The position numbers and the translations under genes were made by a program. A stretch of 33,691 nt of DNA, from the NCBI GenBank assembly GCA_002720275.1, contig PBHR01000004.1, positions 17,280 to 50,970 on the forward strand, written 5' to 3'. Numbering within the stretch: position 1 is the first letter of the stretch; each line of letters opens with the position of its first letter. The notes under the pieces were generated by a model, which worked only from the letters and a program-made list of their open reading frames with translations, ran no database searches and was not told where the DNA came from. Source of the DNA: Methanobacteriota archaeon. GTDB lineage: Archaea > Thermoplasmatota > Poseidoniia > Poseidoniales > Poseidoniaceae. Below, piece by piece: positions 1-10,000 of this stretch.

Positions 1-35
1 AAAATTATAAAAAATCTTAAAAAAATTCCTATTTT

Positions 36-43
36 TTTATATA
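36..43 (+). promoter_or_regulatory. Putative archaeal TATA box
   Basis: TTTATATA lies at -28..-21 relative to the ATG at 64, which fits a leaderless or short-leader archaeal transcript. The surrounding DNA is very AT-rich, so a chance match is possible. Confidence 0.4.
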
Positions 44-63
44 GTGTTTATTCTTATGAACTA

Positions 64-654
64 ATGATAACTATGCAAATGTCTCCCTTTGAATTCATAA
101 CAATCTTCTGTTCATTGATCCTTGGTTTAGCCCTTACTCACATATTTCGAGCGGTTTCTGATTTGTATGAGATTCGTGAAAGAGTTAAGACATACTGGCT
201 TAATTCACTCTGGGTTGTTACAGTAACAATGTGGTCTGTATTCACTTGGTGGGGACTCTGGATGTTGTCAATCGACATGGAGTCTTGGAACTATGCACAG
301 TATTGGTTCCTTGTAATGAATCTCTCATCAATTTATTTCTTTACGACTCTCGTTCTCCCTAAAGCAACAGACAAAGGTGATATCGATCTTGAAATACACT
401 ACTACTCTGTGCATAAAGCATTCTTCTCAGTAGTTGCATTTTCATTATTTACTTCTGCAATTATAAATTACTCACTGTTCGGACAACCGTTAATTGGCCC
501 TATGACAATAATGCCATGTATCGTGGGTTGTGCTGCAATAGGTGGTGTATTTTTAGAATCAAAAGCATACCACAAAGGGATTGGTGTCTTCATGTTTATC
601 ATGTTTATTGCGTTCCAACTAACAGACGTAAATGTGATTAATTATACAACTTAA
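64..654 (+). CDS. Polytopic membrane protein of unknown function (~6 TM helices)
   Basis: 196-aa ORF made almost entirely of hydrophobic segments (FEFITIFCSLILGLALTHIF, YWLNSLWVVTVTMWSVFTWW, YWFLVMNLSSIYFFTTLVLP and others). Alternative ATG starts at 73 and 79. Confidence 0.8.
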   Translation: MITMQMSPFEFITIFCSLILGLALTHIFRAVSDLYEIRERVKTYWLNSLWVVTVTMWSVFTWWGLWMLSIDMESWNYAQYWFLVMNLSSIYFFTTLVLPKATDKGDIDLEIHYYSVHKAFFSVVAFSLFTSAIINYSLFGQPLIGPMTIMPCIVGCAAIGGVFLESKAYHKGIGVFMFIMFIAFQLTDVNVINYTT

Positions 655-661
655 ATCATAA

Positions 662-1789
662 TTATGAACGCCTGTCCTTAGCCTCATCTAATATTGCTGA
701 TTCTAAATCTTCATCTGTAATACTCAAATCAGTTTTAAGGGTTTCAAGTTGAGATTTTAAATTTCTACTTGGTTTATTAGGAATATGCAATTTTAATAAA
801 ACTATTACATCTCCCCTTCTGCCTCTTCCATCTGGTAATCCTCTTCCTGGAATGTTTAATGTATGGCCAGCCAATGAATTTGAAGGTATCTTAATAACGA
901 GGGGTTTGCCATCTAAATGGGATATCTTTACCGTTTTCCCAAGCATTAAATCCGGAAAACCTACTGGAAGAGACATCAATAATTCTGCACCATCTCTTTC
1001 GAACCACGGATGATTATCAAGAACCAATTCGATTTCTAAATCCCCAGCAACGCCACCTTGTTTTGGGACATGCCCCTTACCTCTCATCCTTAAGCGCATA
1101 CCTGTATCTACCCCTTGTGGGACATTGAATCGTATTGTTTGCTTTTTCTTTTTCCTTCCTTCTCCTTTACACTCTTTACAAGGATTGATAATTATCTTTC
1201 CACGCCCTTGACAACTAGGACAAATCCCACTAGTTTGCTGAACAAATGGCCCTACTTGACGTGTTTGTGTTATCTGCCCACTCCCCCTGCATGTAGAACA
1301 TATATCCACATCGTCTCTTGTTGCTCCACCTGTCCCTGAACATGAATCACAAGATAAAAAAGTGTCAACTGAAACTTCTTCGGAACCACCTTCGAAAGCC
1401 ATTTGAAAAGCTATTTTCTTTCTAACAAGTATGCTTTGCCCTCTTGCTTGGCGAGGTCTACTTCTTCTACCTCCGCCCCCAAATAAATTTGAAAATAAAT
1501 CATCTAACCCTGAACCAAATAAATCCTCATACCTTATATCAAAGCCTGAAAAACCTCCTCCCATCTGAGGGCCAGAATGTCCAAAACGATCATATTGTGC
1601 TCTTTTATCGGAGTCTGATAAAACTGCAAATGCTTCTTGAATCTCTTTAAACTTATCATCAGCCCCTGGATCTGAGTTTTTATCGGGATGATATTTCCTA
1701 GCTAATGAGCGAAATGCTTTCTTAAGATCCTTGTCGGTTGCATCCTTGTTGACACCAAGCACCTCATAGTAGTCCCGTTTATCAGACAT
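662..1789 (-). CDS. dnaJ: Molecular chaperone DnaJ (type I)
   Basis: J domain ([10 protein letters not shown]...YHPDKN), a G/F-rich linker, four CxxCxGxG zinc repeats ([32 protein letters not shown]) and a C-terminal domain (GKG, GDL, GRGLP). The ATG at 1789 is preferred to the TTG at 1798. Confidence 0.97.
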   Translation of the reverse strand: MSDKRDYYEVLGVNKDATDKDLKKAFRSLARKYHPDKNSDPGADDKFKEIQEAFAVLSDSDKRAQYDRFGHSGPQMGGGFSGFDIRYEDLFGSGLDDLFSNLFGGGGRRSRPRQARGQSILVRKKIAFQMAFEGGSEEVSVDTFLSCDSCSGTGGATRDDVDICSTCRGSGQITQTRQVGPFVQQTSGICPSCQGRGKIIINPCKECKGEGRKKKKQTIRFNVPQGVDTGMRLRMRGKGHVPKQGGVAGDLEIELVLDNHPWFERDGAELLMSLPVGFPDLMLGKTVKISHLDGKPLVIKIPSNSLAGHTLNIPGRGLPDGRGRRGDVIVLLKLHIPNKPSRNLKSQLETLKTDLSITDEDLESAILDEAKDRRS

Positions 1790-1844
1790 TACACTCAATC
1801 ATGCGGACCACACGGGTGCTATGAATAATTCGCTAAAATTCTCT

Positions 1845-2630
1845 TTATTTTGAGGAACCACAGACCTCACAATAATTTGTATCAATTGAATTCATATGTC
1901 CACAACTTCTACAATGCCATGAATTAGATACCAAATTATCGTATTCTGAGGCACCACTTGAAATACTTTCATTTTGTATAGTCTGAGTAACTATATTTGA
2001 TTCTAAGACTACATCTTTTTTGATGTTTTTATCTTTCTTCTTAGATATTTTGGTAGCAATCCAATCCAACATCTTATCCATAGCTGAACTTTCCTTTTCT
2101 GCGACCGTGGTTTTTTCTAATTTTTCTTCAAGAGAACTATCACCTCTCATCCTAGCAGCCGCCAAATTAACATGTTCTCTTTCATTCAACATACCTACTT
2201 CAGTTTTGTTTTCAATTTCTGCTCGGGCATCACGATTATCCATCATTAAATCTCCAATTTTACCTTGCATCTTTTCAAGGGCATTTTGTGTTAAAGCACC
2301 AACCTCTACTGATCCTTTGGTTGTATGTAACGTGATTTGATTATCTTCCCATGCCCCAGAATCTTCATTTTTATAATGCTTTGATAATTTTTTTAATGCT
2401 TGAACTCTATGCCATTCATGCCCCCTTACTGTGACTACTCTTTTGTATAGAATATAACCTGGAACAAAACCAACAATTGCCGCGGCCCAAGGGGCTAGAG
2501 GATCTCCATTTGACAACAATTGTGCAGGTTGAAAACCAACACTTGGAGAAAATAAAAGAAACATAACAATCGCAGGAGTAATAAGGTAAATTACACCTAT
2601 CAAGTTGCTTTTATTCTCCTGCACAAACAA
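1845..2630 (-). CDS. Membrane protein (2 N-terminal TM) with C-terminal RanBP2-type zinc finger
   Basis: Two hydrophobic helices, a charged helical middle, and a terminal WHCRSCGHMNSIDTNYCEVC (1860-1919) matching W-x-C-x2-C-x3-N-x6-C-x2-C. The start is TTG 2630 or GTG 2624. Confidence 0.8.
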   Translation of the reverse strand: MFVQENKSNLIGVIYLITPAIVMFLLFSPSVGFQPAQLLSNGDPLAPWAAAIVGFVPGYILYKRVVTVRGHEWHRVQALKKLSKHYKNEDSGAWEDNQITLHTTKGSVEVGALTQNALEKMQGKIGDLMMDNRDARAEIENKTEVGMLNEREHVNLAAARMRGDSSLEEKLEKTTVAEKESSAMDKMLDWIATKISKKKDKNIKKDVVLESNIVTQTIQNESISSGASEYDNLVSNSWHCRSCGHMNSIDTNYCEVCGSSK

Positions 2631-2687
2631 ATCTAAATTGTTTTAACGATTGAACCTTTCCCGTTAATTCTCAATATGACTATAATT

Positions 2688-3722
2688 TTAAACATCAACA
2701 CGATCCTTTGGTGCTTTTCCTTTGACCAAAAACCCATGTAAAAAACCAATACTAAATGTTGTATGTAGACCAAAAAGCAATACAGGGACTCCAAAAAGCA
2801 TTAACGGATTCTTCCAACGTATTGACTCAATAGTACCTGCGAAGAATATTACAAAAACATATAATGCAGGAGGTGCCCACCATAAATTAAATTCAAGAAA
2901 ATATAAACTTAAAGTTAACAAAAAACCAAGCCATGGTGCTATTTCTGCGAGAGGTAATCGAGTTGGATGTTTTCTAACTAATTTCACTCTCCAAAATCCA
3001 TTACGATGACCAAACCTCAACCATTGTAAAAAAGTCTGCCTTTTCGTAACATGGATACAACTGATATCACTTCTCCAGATTTCCCAACCATTCTTAATTA
3101 AACGCATGTTAAGATCTGAATCTTGAGCTGTGATCAAATTACCATCATAACCGTCAATTGATTTTAATGCATCAACCCGGTATATTGCTAAAGGAGGTAT
3201 TCTTGTTCTTTGAAGTCCTTTAAATTGGGCATATGCACCATGTCCATTGCCCAAAATATTCCCTAAACTTGCCTCAATTAACGTCCCCATCAATGTCATT
3301 TTTTCTTCGGGTGGTTTAAGAATCGTACCAATAGCAGCAATTTTACCACTATTCTTCTTTTCTAATTCAATAAATTCATTCATTCTAACCTCTAAATGAT
3401 TATTAGGATATGTTGCATGTCCAACGGTTTCAAAAACATATTCAATATTTTCTGATAAATTCTCAAATGCAATATTTCTTGCTTGTGAAACATACCTATT
3501 AGGATTATTTAGTAAAATTATTTTTGGCATTCCCTCTTTTAAATTTTTAATATATTCTTCAACAATTTCGGGAGTTCCATCTGTAGAATTACCATCAACC
3601 ACAATAATCTGATGATTTGATGAAGGGTAAGTTTGATTACAAAGACTATTCAAACAATTTTCAATAAAATCTTTTTCATGAAAGGTAGGAATCACAGTAG
3701 CAACTTGTGGTAGTGAACTAAT
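2688..3722 (-). CDS. Family 2 glycosyltransferase with C-terminal TM helices
   Basis: The GT2 N-terminus (P-QVATVIPTFHE...CLNSL.NQTYP...IIVVDGNSTDGT), ARN, QDSDLNMRL and three C-terminal TM segments are present. The frame is open upstream of GTG 3695, and the likely start is ATT 3722 behind a GGAGG (see findings). Confidence 0.92.
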   Translation of the reverse strand: MSSLPQVATVIPTFHEKDFIENCLNSLCNQTYPSSNHQIIVVDGNSTDGTPEIVEEYIKNLKEGMPKIILLNNPNRYVSQARNIAFENLSENIEYVFETVGHATYPNNHLEVRMNEFIELEKKNSGKIAAIGTILKPPEEKMTLMGTLIEASLGNILGNGHGAYAQFKGLQRTRIPPLAIYRVDALKSIDGYDGNLITAQDSDLNMRLIKNGWEIWRSDISCIHVTKRQTFLQWLRFGHRNGFWRVKLVRKHPTRLPLAEIAPWLGFLLTLSLYFLEFNLWWAPPALYVFVIFFAGTIESIRWKNPLMLFGVPVLLFGLHTTFSIGFLHGFLVKGKAPKDRVDV

Positions 3723-3729
3723 TTCAATC

Positions 3730-3734
3730 CCTCC
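3730..3734 (-). promoter_or_regulatory. Shine-Dalgarno GGAGG for the GT2 gene
   Basis: GGAGG sits 7 nt upstream of the in-frame ATT at 3722. Confidence 0.5.
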
Positions 3735-3838
3735 TTTATTGCCACTAGATTAATCACCATTGTAAAAATAACGGTAATATTTTGTATTAACCCGCAATTG
3801 CATTATATTATTCCTTTTGGCTAAGTACGAAGACGAAC

Positions 3839-4321
3839 ATGGCGACGATGGACCTCAAAGCGAAATTAAATCCTGTAGATTCAAAAGATCTTGTGATTAT
3901 GGCGATTAAAGAAATTTTTCCAAATGCAAAAATTCCAGAATTAAAAGAAAATACAAAAACATTCCCAATAAAGGATGAAATTGAATGTTTAACAATAAAC
4001 GATATTGATTTTGATTATTTCTTTGAACGCATACATGCAAATAAAATAGCTGATACAGCACTAGACTGCATGAGTCAAAACATAGAGAATGAGACATCTC
4101 ATTTTAGAATCTCACGTCAAGCGGCATTAGCTGGGAAGATTTCATTTGTTTTAGAAAATGAATATCCTCTAGGTGGGTGTTTCGAATTAAGTGTTGAATC
4201 ATCAAACATTATAGCTTGGATTGAAGAAATGACTTGGCACTCTGGGAGAGATGAAATTCCAAGGAATGTGGATGATGAATTAAAAATGAGGAGGGATGGT
4301 GCCCCTCAAGATTGGTTTTGA
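3839..4321 (+). CDS. UPF0201-like archaeal putative RNA-binding protein
   Basis: LKAKLNPVDSKDLVIMAIKEIFPNA resembles the family's PTED..KV..AI.NIFP, and ISRQAALAGKISF resembles its L.KQAA..G.V.F. Confidence 0.7.
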   Translation: MATMDLKAKLNPVDSKDLVIMAIKEIFPNAKIPELKENTKTFPIKDEIECLTINDIDFDYFFERIHANKIADTALDCMSQNIENETSHFRISRQAALAGKISFVLENEYPLGGCFELSVESSNIIAWIEEMTWHSGRDEIPRNVDDELKMRRDGAPQDWF

Positions 4322-5292
4322 ATTATTTTAATTAATTTTATATTTGCTTCAAGCCAGTCTAAAGTCTCTAAATTTTCTTTTTTCATCCACAAAACTTCAT
4401 CATGCACAATTAATTTTAATTGTGGGGAATTTTGATTGATTTTAGCATTCATCGCTTTCAAGTTCACAAAATATTCTTCATACAGATGTTGAACCTCTCC
4501 ACAAGGGGATAAAATGTCTATATCAATCATTAGTTCTTCAAGGATTTCTCTCTTTAATCCCTCTTTTACACCTTCATTATGTTTCAATTTGCCTCCAGGG
4601 AATTCCCATTTGCCTGGGTGTGGTTGTTTTGAATCCCTTTTTGCAACTAAAACATCTCCATTTTTATTACTAATTATTGCTGCCACAACATCAATAATTT
4701 TTTTATCTACGACTGATTTTAATATCCACAAAATCATTTTAATTTGATCGGATATTTGAATAAACTTCTCCGATGGTAAATGTACAAATAAACAAGGTAA
4801 TGTTCGATTAAATCGATCTTTAATCTGATTAGAATTTATTGTTTTTAACGTTCTAAAATAGGTTTCATTACATACAAAAGTACCAGCATCTGATGAAATT
4901 AAAAAATCTACTGGGGAATCCTCATTAAATACCTCTATATTAACTGTTGAAATATATTCATCTAGATCATCATTTACAATTAATTTGTTTTTTAATTCTC
5001 TTCCAGAATTATCCTTAATATTCATGTTTATTTTATTTACCGCTCTAGACTCCAAATGTATTTTTTTTGCATTATTACTAAAACCTAAATGTAAAATAAA
5101 ATCATAATCTTCATAGGGGATTAATTCGCTAACTATTTTTGAACCTTCTTCATTTACAGTTAATATTTTTGTTTTAATCTCATATTCATTAAGATTTAAT
5201 CTTTCAATCTCAGTGACTAATTTCTCTGAAATATTAAATGAAGAATTGTCAAATGGTTCAAAACCAGTTAAGAGTACTTTTGGTTTCCTCAT
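4306..5292 (-). CDS. pcp: Pyroglutamyl-peptidase I (C15) fused to a C-terminal MutT-like Nudix hydrolase
   Basis: VLLTGFEPF, HLG, LESRAVN (catalytic Glu), DAGTFVCN (Cys) and FVHLP (His) are followed in frame by VVAAII...WEFPGGK and the Nudix box GKLKHNEGVKEGLKREILEELMI (4525-4593). ATG at 5292, with GTG 5298 as an alternative. Confidence 0.9.
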   Translation of the reverse strand: MRKPKVLLTGFEPFDNSSFNISEKLVTEIERLNLNEYEIKTKILTVNEEGSKIVSELIPYEDYDFILHLGFSNNAKKIHLESRAVNKINMNIKDNSGRELKNKLIVNDDLDEYISTVNIEVFNEDSPVDFLISSDAGTFVCNETYFRTLKTINSNQIKDRFNRTLPCLFVHLPSEKFIQISDQIKMILWILKSVVDKKIIDVVAAIISNKNGDVLVAKRDSKQPHPGKWEFPGGKLKHNEGVKEGLKREILEELMIDIDILSPCGEVQHLYEEYFVNLKAMNAKINQNSPQLKLIVHDEVLWMKKENLETLDWLEANIKLIKIIQNQS

Positions 5293-5398
5293 TGACACAC
5301 CCTTGTGTATCTAGTGAATAGCATTGCCGAATAGAACCCAACTACAAAATAATAGCCAAAACTTGACAATGTGTAAAACATTAGCCATACTGAACAAG

Positions 5399-5737
5399 AT
5401 GAGTGAATCTGAGATTGTCGTTCAAATTCCAAGAAATGAACGTATAAATAAGAAAGGCAATATTCTAAAAGTGATTTTTGCTCAAATTACATCAGGTGTA
5501 GGTTTTTGGGGTTCATTACAGCCAATAATTGCCATATTAGTTTCATTAATTCCTTTTTTATTCCTCGGGCAACATTTCAATAGATCCCATCAAAAAGGCT
5601 TTGATTTCACACTTCTTCAAATTCCTTTAGCATTAACTGGAATTCTTTGGATTGGGTTATATCTATGGTCAATTTTTGATGCATGGAATGAAGCACAAAA
5701 ATTCGTATTAAATAAAATTAACAATAATTTAGTATGA
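5399..5737 (+). CDS. Small membrane protein (2 TM) of unknown function
   Basis: Hydrophobic segments IIAILVSLIPFLFLGQ and IPLALTGILWIGLYLWSIFDAW, the latter with a WSIxDA ending. ATG 5399 is preferred to TTG 5324 because it leaves room for divergent promoters. Confidence 0.7.
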   Translation: MSESEIVVQIPRNERINKKGNILKVIFAQITSGVGFWGSLQPIIAILVSLIPFLFLGQHFNRSHQKGFDFTLLQIPLALTGILWIGLYLWSIFDAWNEAQKFVLNKINNNLV

Positions 5738-6541
5738 ATAATCATCAGGATACCATAATTGATTTAATGCTTCTAATTGTTGATCTTTTAAATTAATCAT
5801 ATCTCCTCTATCATCGTTATCAAAATCATTTGGTAATGTTCCAAAAATAATATTAGATATATCTGAGGTTTCTATAGCCCAATACATCACAGAATCTTCA
5901 TTAGAACTATGACCTGGATGATCTGGATCTTCATGATCTACATTTGATGTATAAACTAAATTTACCAAACCAAGAAGGTGCCCGAATTCATGAATTGTAA
6001 CTGCTGCTTCAATTTCTTCCCAACTAGGTCTCTGAATTAAATTCTCAGATTCCTTTATGGTATCTACAAAAATCATAACAGTAGAGGCATCTACAGCAAC
6101 TCCTAAAACATTCGAATCTGAATGAGTTCCGCTTGGAAACATGAAATGAAATCTTAATTGATTTTCGTTCATTGCATTTGTTTCGCGTGTTTCCCTCCCT
6201 ACAAGTCTAATATCATCATTAGTCCAAACTCCCTCATGTTCAAAATCAGTCAAAGACAATTCATAAGATACTGATTGTTTGTCACAAACACTATTTATTC
6301 TATCAATTAATAAATCAAGTGTTTCAGGAGTTGGTTTTTGTTCTGCCTCATAATCCACCTCAATTACAAGTTCTGTAAACTGACTAGAATTTAAACAAGC
6401 TAAAACTAACCCCCCTGGAACGCCAAATTTTTCTGGAAGAACTTCTTCTTTTGAAAAACAACCTGAAAATGAGCTAGAAAATAATATCAAAAATAAAATG
6501 TAGCAATAAAATTTGGAATTAAATGTACATTTTATGCTCAT
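5729..6541 (-). CDS. Metzincin-like zinc metalloprotease, probable lipoprotein
   Basis: HEFGHLLGLVN (5960-5992), downstream His residues (DHEDPDHPGH) and a Met-turn (SVMY). The signal peptide ends in a lipobox-like FSGC. The ATG at 6541 has a GAGGTGA 5 nt upstream. Confidence 0.88.
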   Translation of the reverse strand: MSIKCTFNSKFYCYILFLILFSSSFSGCFSKEEVLPEKFGVPGGLVLACLNSSQFTELVIEVDYEAEQKPTPETLDLLIDRINSVCDKQSVSYELSLTDFEHEGVWTNDDIRLVGRETRETNAMNENQLRFHFMFPSGTHSDSNVLGVAVDASTVMIFVDTIKESENLIQRPSWEEIEAAVTIHEFGHLLGLVNLVYTSNVDHEDPDHPGHSSNEDSVMYWAIETSDISNIIFGTLPNDFDNDDRGDMINLKDQQLEALNQLWYPDDYSY

Positions 6542-6546
6542 AATGT

Positions 6547-6553
6547 TCACCTC
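6547..6553 (-). promoter_or_regulatory. Shine-Dalgarno GAGGTGA overlapping the upstream stop codon
   Basis: Matches the archaeal consensus GGAGGTGA, lies 5 nt before ATG 6541 and overlaps the TGA at 6552-6554. Confidence 0.7.
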
Positions 6554-7004
6554 AAAAATCATCTGGTATTTCTACTGTTGAAAATAACTGCCCGGGGCTA
6601 GTTGATTTCGCGAGTTGCGTCCTTACAAGTTTTTCCCAACTACGTAATACCAATAATGAATCTGAAAGAGGTATTTCTTCTAGGTTAATCGAGGTCCTAA
6701 TTAAAGTATCTAAAATATCAATTCGATCATTATCTAAAACGTCAATTACTTTGTCTAAATTTAATTTAGATTCTGATTTGTTTGATTCATAAAAATCCAA
6801 GGGCCATGGAACAGTAAATAATTCGGGTAATTTTTCATTATTTTCAAGTGCTACTTGCTTTAATTTTTCGCATAAAATATTAATGTACTTTGAAATTACT
6901 AAACTTACTTCAACCAAAGGCATACTCAATTGCTTAACTAAATTTACAATATTTTGATGCAAAACTAACATTTTTTCATTTGAATCGTAATTTGAAGGAT
7001 TCAT
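6552..7004 (-). CDS. Hypothetical alpha-helical cytoplasmic protein
   Basis: 150-aa ATG ORF that fills the gap between co-oriented neighbours (9 and 10 bp spacers). It has amphipathic helices and no signal peptide. Confidence 0.75.
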   Translation of the reverse strand: MNPSNYDSNEKMLVLHQNIVNLVKQLSMPLVEVSLVISKYINILCEKLKQVALENNEKLPELFTVPWPLDFYESNKSESKLNLDKVIDVLDNDRIDILDTLIRTSINLEEIPLSDSLLVLRSWEKLVRTQLAKSTSPGQLFSTVEIPDDF

Positions 7005-7013
7005 ATCAACACA

Positions 7014-10000
7014 TCATAATGTACGATCGTCATACCTAATTGCCGAAATATCTCCCCTAACTCCATCATTTTCATCGTTATGTACTTCGTACCAATCCAC
7101 CATCCAATCTCCATCGGTATCCCAATTTGTTGGATCCGTTCCTTCTGCAGTGAAATCACCATCTATATCTAAAATCCACCACCCGAATGGATATTGTCCT
7201 CGACCAATGTCTGGAAGAACTGTTGTACTTGAAACTAAACCGTAACTATCAGTCCAATCACCTCTACAAATAGATACATCATCAGCAGAATCCATCACAA
7301 AGAAATCATCATCATTATCCTGAATTATTTTTGCATACATTAAATCCTGACTATCTCTTTTATACATTTTTAGATAATTGGTTTCCATCTCATCAGCTTC
7401 CCCTAGATGTAATAGCCATTTTCTAAATTGCCACCACTCAGTTATTTGAACTCCATCCCATTGTAAATCTAAGGATCTGACTAAAGTTGCTGAACGATAA
7501 GTATCATCTGTAATAGCATAAAATTCTTGGAAATTTGAATACTCATCATATTCACAAACCACACCACTACAATCCCAATCTCCATCATTATCTGGATCTA
7601 ATAAAGCGTCTGTAGGATCCCTTGGATCTAAAGTAAACCAAGCCAACGATAAATCAGGCCTCATAATATTCATGCCATCGATTTTCAATGGCTTTTTCTG
7701 AATACTATCTTCCGCACCAACATCAACCCATTCAACAGAAATATATCTTTGACTAGAAAAGTTATCCAGAGATTCATTCCATGCCATTGCATATTCATAC
7801 CAATCAGGCAACATATCCCAATCAGTATCATTATCAAGTGGGTTTGTACCATATTTCAAAATCTCTCGGCCATCGGAAAGACTGTAATCACGATAATAAT
7901 TTAAAGTAAATTCTTCAGTACCCTCCCTTATTCTAGATTGGCTATCATCGTCTGTATCATTCAAATGTGGATAAGTTCCATTATCAAATTCCATATTATT
8001 TGTAAATGGAATCGCAATATTATCTAATCCGTATTGACCGCCAGAAATTGTAAAAATATGATTGTTCCATTTACCTTGTTTGGCAGGGGTATCAACTACA
8101 GAACGGTCATACCATCCATCATTGTCGATATCATAATCTCCATCTAATGGGTTTAATGGGTTTAAGCCCCATCTACTTTGTACTGTGAAAATATTATCAT
8201 CACGTGAAACGGGAATAGGATCTGAAATATATGTAGAATAACAGAATTCCCAGCCGTCCGGCATTCCATCACTGTCTGAATCTGGATGTGTAGGGTCTGA
8301 AATTCCAATTAAACTATTGTTGAAATTATTTTCATTTAGTTCATTTATTTTCTCCAATCTATCTTGAGTTACTGGGAAACCATCATGTAATTTTCCTGAA
8401 AACAGCTCATATAATCTTTCATTAGCTTGTTCCTCATTAAGTCCCTCTTCTTCTGAAAGTGCTTTAATTGCATCAGTTGCATAATCATAAAATCCTAATT
8501 CTAGAGGAACATTATATCTTTCAGCCTCTTTACCATATGTTCTTGCTTGCCACTCTCTTAAATTCGAATATACTTCATAAACTGCGATTTCTCCATCTCC
8601 ATCACAATCATAGGAATCATCATCTAAATCTAGATATATGTCATTACTAATTAATGGATTCATAGACCAACGGTTCTCTTCCAAGTCCCATTCGGTAAAC
8701 CAATATTCATAACCATCCAACATTTCGTCTCTATCTGTATCGTTATGAGTTGGGTCAGTTATTGAACGAAGTGTTTCTATAATTAAAGTAGGTGGATTTC
8801 CTATTTGCCAATCAATTAAATCTAATTTAACTAAAGTAGCTCTATTTTCGGTATTATTTAATATATTTCCAACCCTCGAAAATTCGGTTCCTGGCATTTG
8901 TTCTTCTGCATCAAGATAGAAAACGGGGGCATCAGGTGGATGAAATACACCATTATCAGGCAAACCGCTTACTAGAGACAATTCTTGCCTATCCGTTAAA
9001 CCATCATTATCTGCATCATAATCTCCATCACCAGCAACTAGAGGATTTAATGTCCAAAGGCCATCATTTGAATTCCAATCTGTTAACAACATTTCTAATC
9101 CATCTAACATTCCATCTCCATCAGTATCGGGATTGTTTGGATCACAGGTCATACCTGAAGATTCACTCAAATTTGAATCTATGAATGAACCAAAACTTAA
9201 GTTCGTAGTAATCCTACCCCAGACCTGGGTATCAAAACCACTGATTGTATTTGATTGCTTAATGTAATATTTTGGAGAGAATTGTAAATGAATTTCATTT
9301 AATTCCGGATTTATGGAATTATATTCCTCCCAATTGGAATAACCATCAGAATCTGGATCTCCAAATTTGTCCTCTTCAGAAAGAGGATTTAAAGTCCAAT
9401 CATTAGCAACAACATCCCACCTTGCATACCAAATTTCCCATCCATCCGGCATTCCATCTCCATCTGAATCGGGAGATATGGGATTTGCAGAACCTTTGTC
9501 CTGTTCATTTTGAGAATTAAATAATATCGGGCTTGTTAATTCTCCAAAAGTGAAGACTGGTTCAGCCGCATCTTCTGTATTTTGCCACAATTGAGTAACG
9601 ATTCCAAATGGCAAGGAAGATGTTTCACTATCATTTTGTCCAATAAAACTCGTGTCTCTAATATGATATTCCAAATAATTATTAAATTCTTCATCTGGTT
9701 CTAAAACTCCATTATTATTTACATCAAAGCCATCGCCATCAGGATTATTAGTTGCATCACTACCATTTAAGGGATTTATTCCCTTCACATCACTAGTCCA
9801 ATAACATGAATTACCATCTGGATCGTTAGGATTATTTGCTAAAGCCTCCCAACCATCAGGTAATGTATCTCCATCACTATCTACATTATTTGGATCTAAA
9901 GTGGACCACTCTGATTCTACTGCTTCAATAGATTCACCCATAGTTTCAAACAAATTACCCGATAAAGCCTCCAAGTATATTTGCCCCCAAGCGAATTCAC

